A DNA stretch of 40,272 nt. Origin: Pelomyxa schiedti. Its lineage: Eukaryota > Protista > Evosea. A program made the position numbers and the translations under genes. The notes below the pieces were generated by a model. That model was given only the letters and a program-made list of their open reading frames with translations, had not been told where the DNA came from and did no database searches. Positions within the stretch are counted from its first letter, which is position 1. Every line of letters starts with the position of its first letter. The stretch is from the NCBI GenBank assembly GCA_020536535.1, contig JAHLWZ010000940.1, positions 1-40,272 of the forward strand. Direction: 5' to 3'. Below, in pieces: positions 8,593 to 20,890 of this stretch.

Positions 8593-11495
8593 ATGCAAAC
8601 AACAGGGCACTGGTCTAGGGGTAGGAATGGTGTGTTGGCGCCACCAACTGGGGTGTCGCCGATGTGGAGGGCGAGAGCAACACCACCGCCACCAGGCAGC
8701 GGGGCCACGGGCCTGGGCCCGGGCGTGGCAGCCGACCTGCTGTCCGCCATGGCCCCTACCTCCACGAGGCGGGGCATCGAGTCCAGGAGGGGCACTGGGG
8801 GCACAGCCATAGCCCTGGCCATCGCCATGGGCGCGGCCCCTACAGGCAGGGAAGGGGACGGGGACGGGGACGGGGAGGGGGGGAGGCACGGGGGGGCGGC
8901 GCTGGTGCCTGGCCTGGGAGTGGGAATGGAGCTGGGGCCGGGGCCGGGGCTGGGGCTGGGGCCGGTACACCAGTGGCAGGGCGAGGGGGCCATGGAAGTC
9001 AGCGGGGAGGACTGGAGGGGCGTGTGCAAGAAGGTGGCCCATCTGACCAAGGTGGTAAAGAGGCTGACTTTGGAGGGCATGGCGTTGGGGGCCAAAGTGG
9101 CTGACTTGGATTCCCGTAACGCTTTGATGCTGAGCTTGGTACTTTTTTCTTTCGTTTTTTTTAAATATATTTGACGTTGAAGTTCATATAAGGTCATTGA
9201 AGAAGTCAAAACTAGATTTGATAAGTATTCTATGGACCTCGGGGAATTTCACAACCATGAAATCCTGGCACTACAGAAGGAACACCAACAAACACTATTA
9301 AATGTGAAAGCTCACGTGACACTCTCTATGATTATATTCACATGCCTGTAGATTAACGCCGAGCACAAACGCGAGCTTGACAGAATTAATTCCTCAGCTA
9401 CGACATCAGTGAAGCTAACAAGAGAAAACCTTTCAGCAGAACTTGACCGCTTGAAATCAACACTGACTGCAACTGTTCAGTTTCTGTTTTGACACAAATT
9501 TCACACTTTTATATAATTTATAATTTGCACTTACATTGGTCTCATTAACCACATCAATTTTACAGAGAACTAGAGCATGCAAAAGAAGCAAGCTCTAATC
9601 AGTTGCAACAATTCGAATCCACCACAGCCGCCACTGAAGCTGAATGTGAATCGAAAATAGCATCACTCAAAGCTGAATATAGTCTTCAGGTTATGCTTTC
9701 GACCTAGAACGCTCTCCCTGATTTTGGATAGCTAGAGTCAACTCAAAAATCTCTATCATCTCACTACGAGAATATAATTACTGATATGCAAGCTAAATCC
9801 ACTGCCAATATCGAAAAGCTTAGAAAACAGCTTCTTGAAGCTCAAGCTGTATTCCCCTTAGCCTCCTTTTGACTTATTGTTAATAGACATAGGAAAAAGA
9901 GAACCACCTGGAGCAAATCCAAAATCTGCAAGATAAATTAGAAGACTCTACAAAGAAAATTACAGAAATTCGGGATCAGCAACAAGAGGATTTGCAAAAT
10001 GTACTAGCAACGTCCCCATTCCCCTAATTTAATGTACCAGAGGGAAACAGAGATACTATCATTGAAAAACGAAATTCAAAGTGTCACAGATAAAAACTCT
10101 CAGTAAACAAACACAAAAAAATGAAGAAACTCAATTTCTCCTAGGTTATTTTCTGAAGTTACACAGCTACACAGTGAAATAGAAAAATCCGAACTTCGAT
10201 TTGCTGAACAAAATCAGATAATTCAGGATTATCGGGCTCAAGTTCAAGTGTGTGATAGAGAGTGCACGGGGCAATTCTAATGTCTTTCCATTATTTTATA
10301 CTCTGCAGTCACTAAATGACCAAATTGGAGCAATGCAGGCAGCATCTAACAAGCCAACAAGTGAGCTGAGGTCAAGTATGTTCTGAATTATAAAATGCAA
10401 TGACTAAATCAAAGAAGGAACACAACCAACAGCCAACAATGTCAAAACGGCCCATGTACAACTAGCCCATCATAAGTCAGGTTTGCAAGCTGTTTTACAG
10501 CAAGAAAAATTAGTACTTCAAAAGTAAGTTCTCCCAACCAACTACCACCATGAGTACTAAAATTTTCTCTTCTAAGTGGAACTCTATATTTGAAAAAAGA
10601 AAATGAATAAAAAACTAAAGGACTTTTAATTCTTTCCATATAGAGAACTTAGTGACAAGATGAAAGAAATTTTATCTTTTCAACAAGAAATTGTTCAATT
10701 GCAAGCTCGTAACTCAGGTTCCTCATATAATTAGAGGCGCTTTTCCACAACACAATATAGCAAGTGACTCAACCATACATGGACTGAAAATGGAAATATC
10801 ACAGCTCAAGCACGAACTCTCTCAAGTATTATTTCTTAATACTATGACGTACTCATCTTTTTAAGAACCATCAACATCTGCAAGAACACCAAGAAAACTT
10901 TCAATCTCAAGTCATACAACTCAAAGTAAAATCAAACATCAGAATAATGCCTGACCCACTTTCAGGAGGAGTTGGCCAAACAACTCAGTGAGAAGTCGAA
11001 ACTCACGCACCAAATATCCCTGAAAGACAGCAAATTATCTGAATTGGTGCGGCAGGAAGTTATTATACCCCTAAACTTTTATAGAGAAACCAAATGCAGC
11101 AGTTGCAAGATGGGAGTGTCTTGCAGGACTCAAAAAACGGGGAGATTATTTCAAACCTTGAATCCAAAGTATACCACCTATTCTCTCATTTTAAGTAACC
11201 ATAAAGAATTCAGTTTCAAGCAGCGAAAATCCGGGAGCAAGAGCTGCTAAAGCAAATAGCGCGGCTGTCCCGTGAACTCGAGCAATTCCGCCTAGGAGTT
11301 GAACAACAAAAATCCATTTCTCACATCACAAAGATGAACAGCCAGCAGTCACAGTCATACCGCTTCAAATCAACACCCAGGAACCAAATCACTGATACAC
11401 AATACACACCCCACGAGCCTCTTACAACATACCACAGTTCCTCCACAAGTCCAACAACCCCACAATCACCTTCTCCCCCAAACACTATGGACTAG
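8593..11495 (+). CDS. Long coiled-coil protein, FAM184-like N-terminal motif, many exons
   Basis: GC-rich low-complexity first exon ending KKVAHLTKVVKRL (cf. FAM184 KKIAQLTKVI). Many short E/K/Q-rich exons follow; the first several were checked to join in frame through GT-AG introns. Last exon ends PNTMD* at 11493-11495. Start codon uncertain (8593 or 8749). Confidence 0.7.
8934..8965 (+). repeat. (GGGGCY)5 hexamer repeat, potential G-quadruplex; similar (GGGGAC)n tract at 8854-8883
   Basis: GGGGCC GGGGCC GGGGCT GGGGCT GGGGCC GG, encoding GPGPGLGLGP. Confidence 0.8.
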
Positions 11496-11835
11496 TTACC
11501 ACTTGTTGTGAATAAATTCCAGAAACCTGTTCTTGTGTTGTTTGTTCGAGTCCCTTGGCGGGGGTATCACCTCCTAGTTTTGCTGGCATTGTGCCCTTTC
11601 ATTGCTATTGAGATTCTACTTGGCTTTTGGTTGGTCATCCTTTTTCTCTCCATTCCATCTGTAAAAACCGAGTCCAAATATGAGATTTTTACAAGAGAAA
11701 AGTATCTTTTATTTATAACCGGGATTCTGGAGTGTGGGGTGTTGGTGTGGAAAGAGCGTAAGAACCCCAGAGAAGAGACCATGGTGAACCGTGAAGAGCA
11801 TCAAGAACCGCAAACAGCCGGAAAGATCATATGTC

Positions 11836-12235
11836 TTAATCATCTTCATCAGCAGCCTCTCTGGGGGAAAAGTAAGTGTTGTTGTTTATCGGTGAGTTGA
11901 ATTAACCTGAGTGCGGTGTTTGTTCCCAAAGGTTCCTCAAGTTCACCATAGTATATGTGAAGGGAAGTGAGAAGAGTGGAATGTAATTTGATTGGGGCAC
12001 TTACTTGGGGATCGATACCCCCATAGTGTTCCTCCTTGCCTGCTTGCTTGCTGTGCCGGCTGTAAAGTGTAAAGTGTATATATTAAGAAGTTGTTTACCT
12101 GCAGAGTGCCAGCTCTGGCAGCAAACAACAACGAACTCTCGCGGCTGATTCTGAGAACTGAAGATAGGCTGTGACACCAGCCATATCACCACAAGCTGAC
12201 TCCGAGAACTGAAGATAGGCTGTGACACCAGCCAT
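11836..12235 (-). CDS. Possible small spliced gene (MAGVTAYLQFSES...KEEHYGGIDPQEPLGTNTALREAADEDD*)
   Basis: Three GT-AG introns (GTAAAC..TTACAG, GTAAGT..CTTGAG 12004-11936, GTTAAT..CCCCAG) join an open frame from ATG 12184 or 12235 to TAA 11838-11836. Other frames are possible and no family is recognised. Confidence 0.3.
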
Positions 12236-12292
12236 ATCACCACAAGCTGATATTCCGAGAACTGAAGATAGGCTGTGACACCAGCCATATCC
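12144..12292. repeat. Tandem repeat, 3 x about 51 nt
   Basis: gctga(t/c)tc(t/c)gagaactgaagataggctgtgacaccagccatatc(accacaa) at 12144, 12195 and 12246. The third copy has a 2-nt insertion. No spacers. Confidence 0.95.
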
Positions 12293-13723
12293 ATCCATTC
12301 CCACGAATTCTCTAACAACCAGAGTCAGCGAAAAGATGTGGTGATGCACAACACCACAGTAAAACGGGTAAAACGTAACCACCGAACTTAAAAAAAACAG
12401 GTGTATGGAAAAAAAAAAACGTGACTTTTTCAACCTTGTTTTTACGAAAACTTCTGCAGCATCAGCGCCATGGTTAGTGTAGTGTTTGTTTTCGTGTTTT
12501 AGGTGTCGCTTTTTAGGTGTTGCGTTTTCGGCTTGGTTTTTTATTTTTTGTTTGTTTGCGGGGTTTTGTTTTTTTTTTTGGCTCCAAGGCGGTAACAGAA
12601 AACAGCAACTGCACATTTAGAACATGGAAATTCAGATAGCTCCAAAAAGTTCGGCTCAAGGATGTCACTTGCACAGGACAGTTCTCCGACTGGTCCCATG
12701 TGACAGGTCACGGTATTGGAGCCATAATTCCACAAACATCGGTGACGGTAAATGTACGACAATGTTGTTGTGGTCTGCAGGCAATCCGCGTGATGTAAAT
12801 TGACATTCAGATGCAAGAATTTCAACCAACGTGTAGACTACGCAAACGAGCCAAAACAGACAAATGCGGGTAAGCAGCGTAAGGCACTGGATACGTGTGT
12901 AACTGGGGGAGCGTTGCAGGGTGCGTGTGCTGTTGAAAAAAAATGAAGGGAAAAATATGGAAAACCAACTGCGCGGAAACAAGGCTTCGAAGCCAAACAA
13001 TTCTGTTCATTTCGTTGTTGTTTTGAAAAATCTAAAAATAAATCCCGGACCCGTTCTCAGTCTTCTTTCTCCTCTCGCTTTTCGCTCACATTCCTCCCAA
13101 AAGGGGTCCAAGCACTCCGCTCGATCAACACTCAGAGTTAGCTAACTTAGAGCCCGGCTAAGCCATCGAACTCAGCGAAAACTAACGCCCCATCAAACTT
13201 GGGCTTGTGTCACACGATATTACTTTGTAAAAATTGCAACTAAGAAAGAAATCCCTCTTATTTTTGTACCTCTACATGATTGTGCCGTGGGTTAGAGTCA
13301 CTGTTATTCCTGCTGGAACAAAACAGAAAGCCGAGCAGTAATTTGCATTATCAAAGGGCTGCAGTGGCCCAGCAGCAACTGTGAGCATTCTGAGCATTGG
13401 GTGTTAGGGGGGCATTGTTCACTTGAACCCACGTGCACCAGCAGTGTAGAGCTGTGGCTGTTTGGGGTTGGGTGTGTCCTGGGGGTAGCTGTAGCCTAAA
13501 ACATCAGCACACAGTTCTTTACTCCCTTGGTTCAACAAATCCAACAGTGACTGCAGGTTTCGGCCCTGTGTAGTGAAGTTTGTGAGAAGAATGTATTTGG
13601 ATTTGCAAAAAGGGAGTTTGTGTGTTAAGCATGTATAGCATGGATACATGTTCTTTGAAAAGGTGTGTGCACGCCAAACTGTAAGTGTGGCACTTTCGCG
13701 TAACAATCAAGATCCTTGCAAGG

Positions 13724-15435
13724 ATGTCAAGTAAATTGCCTCCAGAGGGCACTGCGCCAGCAACAGCACCCGTACTACAACCACAGCTACGCCGCCATCG
13801 TGGGTACCACCGCCGTACCGCCGAGGAGGAGGGGGAAGAGGGCGACCAGCTCTGTTTGCAGCCCCCCGCCGCTGCAATAGCGGGCGGCCATGACGACGGA
13901 GGCGACGAAGTGCTGCGGCGGCCCCTCCCCCCGCGCCACCGGCACCGACACAGGCGGCGTCACCAGCGCACCACCTCGCACCTGTCCCTGCAGGACAAGC
14001 AGGCGGCCGTGCCGCTGGCCCCGCGGCGCGAGGGCCCAGAGCCGCAGGAGAAGGAGGGGGGCGGGGAGGAGGGCGGGGAGGACGGGGCCATAGAGCTGCG
14101 CGCGCACCGGGGGCGAGGCGGCGCTTCCGGGGCGACGACGCAGGCCCAGAGGGGGGAGGAGGAGGAGGAGGAGGAGGAGGACTCCCGCGAGGCAGCAGGG
14201 GGCCCAGCCAGGGCGATCTCGCGTACCTCGGTCGCGAGCGGGGCCTCCGAGATGTTGTCAGAGTGCTATGAAGCCAGCCCCCCCAGGAATAAATTGTGCA
14301 GGGGGGGCCAGTGTGTCTGGGGAATATTGAGATTCGAAGCGGCGCTGCCTTTGGGTACCATTTTAGCAGTGGCACTTGCGGTTGAATTTAAAGTGTATGC
14401 TTCTGTCCCACCCCATTAAACAAAACCAAAAAGAAAAAAAAAACAAAAATTCCAACTAAAACTAAAACTAAAACCAAAACCAAAACCATAAAAAGAGCAC
14501 CCTCTCTATTAATACGACTAGGAGATTTTTTGAATCCACACCAAGAACTCTTTGACATGGCATTTGCTGTAATAGTATGCTTCAAATTGTCATTCATTGC
14601 AACCCTGGTGTGCTTTGCATGGTGCAGATTTAGTAATCCGGGTATCATTCCTCGTTCCGTGCCACTTGCTGCCAAGGGTTGACTCGCTTTCACCACTTTT
14701 GTGGTTACTGACAAACACCAGTGAGTCGATTTATCGTGGTGAATATCAAGGGAGTTCCCGTTCAGCTGAACTACTGTGGTTTGCGTGAATGTTGCACACA
14801 ACAAACCAATTGCTCCTCTAGAGACATGTCACATTTACCGTCCTCCTCGGGCAAGCCATTGTAAAGTTTGTAACCACTGTGTAGAAAGGCTTGATCATCA
14901 TTGCCCATGGCATTTCCACCAATATTAATAATGCCCATTAATACCCACTCAACACCAGGATTGGAAATTGTATAGGGAAAGGAAACTACCGCTATTTTGT
15001 AAGCTTCATACTCTGTGGTTTGTGCTTCCTCGCCACAGTATTCATACTGTGCACTTTTTTGATTACCATCGACATCTATTACTGCCGGGCAAATTCGTTC
15101 TGCATGAGTGTTCAGGTCTGCTTTGCCTGTGCTTCTTCAATGATATGGGTGCCAATTATGACCCTTGGAGCCTCAATGCTCTTGGTTGTAGTGATTGGTG
15201 CTTTGTGCCTTTATCATTCTGTGCTCACTTGCTTCGAGTGGACTACACGTGAAGATGTAATTCTCAAATTACCGGAACCAATGCACTAACACAGCAACAG
15301 TTATCACGCTGTGGGGTGAATCCCCACACAGAAGGCCCAGCCAAGAACATTTTTCAGAGGCTGTTTCCTCCACTGTATTCTTTCCCACCACCACCCAATC
15401 TACGGGAAGAACAAGCAGTTCTCCTCAAAACCTGA
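13724..15435 (+). CDS. DHHC-type protein S-acyltransferase with long low-complexity N-terminus
   Basis: [13 protein letters not shown]|[30 protein letters not shown]|[15 protein letters not shown] segments, TTRED| motif. Stop TGA at 15433-15435. Confidence 0.93.
14910..14958 (+). other. GC-AG intron (49 nt) inside the Trp codon of DHHCPW
   Basis: cca tg|GCATTT...CACCAG|g att gga restores HHCPW-IGNC. No GT donor in this stretch gives the conserved reading. Confidence 0.85.
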
Positions 15436-15572
15436 CAACTTGTATTTCCATGATCCTAAACAATGAATTTCTGTCCATTTTTTGTGGGACCAAGTCGAGA
15501 AGGGTGTGACGAGGAACCCAGCACCTCCAAATTTGTCCTGTTCAATGAAAGGGCTTTTTTTAGGCCACTTGA

Positions 15573-16871
<1,299 letters not shown>

Positions 16872-17275
16872 GCTCACAGCACCACTCTCAATTTCAGACA
16901 GCAGCCGGAAGAGGAACCTAATGGGCATGTCATTGAGCAATAAACGGAAAGAGCAGGAGTCTTGTTGAATGTGGTAAGCACAGGGCTCTATCCCCCTCCC
17001 TCCGTCTTGGTCTCGTGTTGTAAGCCACTGGTTTGGCCAAACAACTGCGGGACCAAGTAGAGCAGGGGGAAAAGGACACTCTTTTTACCTGCCAAGACAC
17101 ACTCCTTTCCGTGTTCATGAAGTTCAGGGTTCCCTCTGGTTGTTGGCACAGCCATTATACACTTGAACAACAAAAACAATAAAAAACTTGTGGAATACTT
17201 TTTGTTCTTTTCTTCCCGAGGAGTGTGTGAGTGGAGGCTTTTTGCTTGGCATCAAATTTATCTTTTCGTTGTTGG

Positions 17276-18414
17276 ATGGTGTGCAGCCACGCGATTTGCG
17301 CGTGTGGTTTTGTTGTCGCCATCGCCACGCTCATTTGCTGTCAAGATTCGACGGACACAGTGGTGGCAGTGCACGCGCAAGAGACACCTGTTGTTGGGAC
17401 AGACGCACAACCCATCGAACCAGTGAGAGAGGCCTCCGAGGCTCAGAGTCCAAAAGGGCTGCTCGGAGAGGGTGATGAGGTGGCGGGGCCGGGCCTCGCC
17501 GACGTCGGGGTCGATGTGAACGAAGCGCCGCCTGCCTCTGGTGTGGTGGCGGGGACAGAGGCCGGCGGGGGTGGAGATTATGGGGCTGTAGGGCGCGGTG
17601 AGGACCAACCACAGCTGCCACAGGGGGTCATCAGCAAGAAGAGCCAGGATTATGGGACAGCAGAGGCTGAGGATACAGGCTTCAAGTGTGTGACTGATGA
17701 GGCCTGCGAGCCTACAAGCACTGCAACAGGTCCACAAGCTCCAACGGACGTACGCCTGCCCCCCGTTTTTGGTTCACCTGAAGCTTTTGATCGAGGCATC
17801 TATCGACTGTATGAGAGTGTAGTTTTGAAGGAGCACCGAGGCGATTTGGTGCCTGAGAAACAAGATGGCACTGCACCTAGTATTGGCAAGCCTCAGAATA
17901 CCATTGCCGAACCCAAAGTGGTTGAGGATGTGATCAATTTAATGGAGGAGGTGGTTGAATCAGCTAAGTTTCTTTCTGAAGTGGAGGAACAGTTAGCCCA
18001 CTTGATGTTATCAGTGGAGAGCAGCGAACCCAAAGTTGATTTCGTGTCTTCTATCCAAGACATAGAAGGAAGAATTGCAAAGGTTCATCCCCCCAGAGCC
18101 AAATTGATAACATTGTCTTCTAAGAACAAGAACAGACTAAAGTGGATGTACAATCAATAACCAGTGAATCGGGCAGCATCACTGCTGAGATTGAAAAAGC
18201 TCACGCTTCAATTGACTCTCTGCAACAAGATCTTGTCAAGAGTGAAGAAATTTCACAGGCACTTGCAGATTTCCTCTCTCCCAAACATTCAACCTTCAAG
18301 CACCTCTTCTACTTGATTCTTCTAGCACTTGTTGCTGGGGCATTAGGGGCGTCCTACTGGGCTGGACAGCCACTGATAAGAAGAATCCTTGTGAGAACTA
18401 CACTGCGAAACTGA
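17276..18414 (+). CDS. Predicted type I membrane protein (signal peptide, acidic low-complexity region, coiled coil, C-terminal TM)
   Basis: ORF 17231..18160 with a hydrophobic N-terminus from ATG 17276. It can be joined through a GT-AG intron (about 18083-18135) to ORF 18142..18414, which ends in LFYLILLALVAGALGASYW. Confidence 0.6.
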
Positions 18415-18572
18415 GGGCACTGGGGATGGGGATTTTTTATTTTTTTTTTCCTGGTGTCTGACAAGAATCTGTAAATCTTCAAGTACTTGAAACAAAAACC
18501 CCAATTTGATCTTGTCAATAAAATAAAAAATCTTCCCACCACACTCTTCGGCAAGTACGGTTTCTTGACGCG

Positions 18573-19127
18573 ATGTCGTGTGTAGCCTCTCCCATCATTA
18601 CAGTCTCTTCGTGTGTGACGGTTAATTATTAAGACGATCTGCCTCACGCTCGGCGGCTACCACGTCGCAGGCCAGCAATGAAAAGACACAAAAAATCCTC
18701 AACGACGTAGAGGAGGTGAAAGGTGTCATGACGAAAAACATCGACGTGTTACTGCAGAACCACGACAAACTCGAAAACTTGGAGGCCGCATCAAGTGCGT
18801 GCATTTGAGAGTCAAATGGCTTTTTTTTTTTAAATGTTAACCCTACCATTACAGGCGATATGCAACACCACGCATCTGTTTTCAAGAAGCAAGCAACCAG
18901 CGTCAAAAGAGCAATGTGGTGCAAGAATTGCAAGGTACACTTACTTTGAATTTTACGATTGTAATTGTAATTGTAAAATTGTAATTTATTTAATAATAAA
19001 GTGTTTCGGTTGTGTCATTCTAACGCGGCATATTCAGCTCATGATCATAATCATTCTGATTGTGGTGGCTGTTCTTCTGGCAATAGGAATTGTTGTCATA
19101 CTACCACTCGTCCTCAAATTCACTTGA
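18573..19127 (+). CDS. Synaptobrevin/VAMP-like R-SNARE (brevin type)
   Basis: EKTQKILNDVEEVKGVMTKNIDVLLQNHDKLENLEAASSDMQHHASVFKKQATSVKRAMWCKNCK|LMIIIILIVV TM. Four exons with GT-AG introns. Confidence 0.92.
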
Positions 19128-19356
19128 GATTCTCTGTTTACAGACACCCCAATCAAACACACCCCACCTTACAAGCATAGTAAATAGTTACACATACACA
19201 CCCATGTAACCAACACTTCCCCAAGTAAATACATACAAAACTCCTTGCAGATATTCCTGAACTGTGTTTGACACCACTCCCCTGCCTGTCACTTTTTTTT
19301 TCGCCGATCTCGCTGTCACTGACAATCACAAATCCATTTTATTCGCTTGCGTAGAC

Positions 19357-20803
19357 ATGGCAGCGTGCGGTGGGTGCCCCGGAGGTGGTTGTGGTGGCGG
19401 AGGAGGCTGTTCTGGTGGCGGTTGTGGTGGGGGAGGCTGTTCTGGTTGCCCACAGCAGTCGAACACTACGACGCCGAGTAGTGGTTGCGGAGGGTGCCCC
19501 GGCGCCCGCAGCGGGGGTTGTTCCGGGTGCCCACGCAGGAACCCGCCTCTTGCTATTCTGGTTTTCCCTCGCGACCAGGTTGCTGCTCTTATGGCGCACG
19601 CCAAGTCGAGGACGCCAAAGCCTCTCACTGCGGTCGTGATGAAGGAGGTGCCCGCTGAAGGAGCCTTGAGGTTGTCGCTTTTGGTGGGAGATGGTGTTGG
19701 ACCTTGCGTAGGGGGTTCTCGGTTTGATACCTCCAACATCGGTCCCCAAGACTACTGGATATACGAGAAGGCAAAGAAGGTATTTCCTTTTTGTCCCTTC
19801 TCATTGTTGGTAAGCACTAATAGCAATAGGAACCTGCCACGGGAATTATTCCTCAAGGAGCGGAATGTGTTGTCGAGTTGGAAGTTTTAGAGCAAAGTAT
19901 GGAAGCTTGTCTGGCCCCTTACCCTGTCTTCCTTGCCCTCTTCAAGTGAGATAAAGTGTTTCCACCCCATCTAACCTCCTTCAAGATTTGACAACTATGC
20001 ATGCAAATTGGTTCCATATCAGAAGTTGACTCCTGACGAATTCAGAAAGGCCCTAAACCCTACTGTTTGGCCTCCATCGGTAGGTTGCCTGCCATTCCCT
20101 TGAGAACTCACTTATTTAAGGCCGAGTCTCTCGGAACGGAGAAATTTCCCTCTTTTATTAGCACTGAGGAACCCTCATTCTTATGGGATAACATCTGTGC
20201 CGCTTTAGAGAGACGTGATGGAAAACCGTATCTTTACTCTTCAAAGCAGCCAATGCCTGGGATGAACCTTGTTGTGAACGTCTATATGAAAGAAAGAGGG
20301 TACGAGAGAATGACAGGAGAGGTTTCTGTGGTTCGTGAATTGCCTCCGTTCCCCCACGTTGATCCTGTCGTGGGTCTGTATAGCCCTCTTACCTATCTCT
20401 AGCACTCACTCTCCTTTATAGGAACCTCTTTCTTTACAACCTGCACATGTGGAAAGCCGCATCCACGTGAGGATATAATCCGATCTCTTGGCACTTTACA
20501 TGGTCACCGCGTTGAAGCTGTTTTGTGAGCCATTTCCTTCCTTCCAATTGAACTTGTGCTTATATTTACAAGGTATTTGATGCCAGACGACGTTGGCCTG
20601 GTAAGACTCTGCCCAATGCCTATCCTTAAAAAACCTCCTAACCATCTATCTCTACCCACCAAAAACTCCAGATTCCACAACTTAGTGGCCAATGGGACGC
20701 TGTGCTTGTTGCCGATGACACCAAAGAGATGATTTGGCAGTTGGAGGAACTTCACCCAAGGCCCAGGCACCTTTGGCTCTCCCCACCACATTACTCCTGG
20801 TGA
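19357..20803 (+). CDS. Unknown protein with Cys/Gly-rich N-terminus (CGGCP/CSGCP repeats), multi-exon
   Basis: A continuous frame can be built with canonical introns (first 19780-19890). It ends HLWLSPPHYSW* at 20801-20803 and contains an internal CTCGKPH. Confidence 0.65.
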
Positions 20804-20890
20804 TTGATCTGATCTGACCATCGAATCCAAGAACCAATCAATAAATTGTTTGACACTGAAGGTGCTTCGCCCTTTGTCGCGCAGCAAAGG

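Noticed and set aside
8469-9209. Long antisense ORFs (also 13707..14375, 5307..5888, 32489..32947)
   Set aside because: Shadow ORFs of GC-rich or repetitive sense-strand exons.
11936-12004. Apparent GT-AC intron ending at 11951
   Set aside because: A canonical AG 15 nt further on keeps the same frame, so no non-canonical site is needed.
12144-12292. CRISPR-like repeat array
   Set aside because: Head-to-tail repeats with no spacers and no cas genes; eukaryotic context. The same applies to 5449-5754.
12540-13720. Short minus-strand ORFs (12541..12825, 12665..13000, 13419..13706)
   Set aside because: Some look protein-like and have splice-like signals, but I could not choose a frame or build a model, so they are left uncalled.
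19888-19890. In-frame TAG between two open stretches, suggesting read-through or a variant code
   Set aside because: It is the AG acceptor of a canonical intron 19780-19890, which restores the frame.
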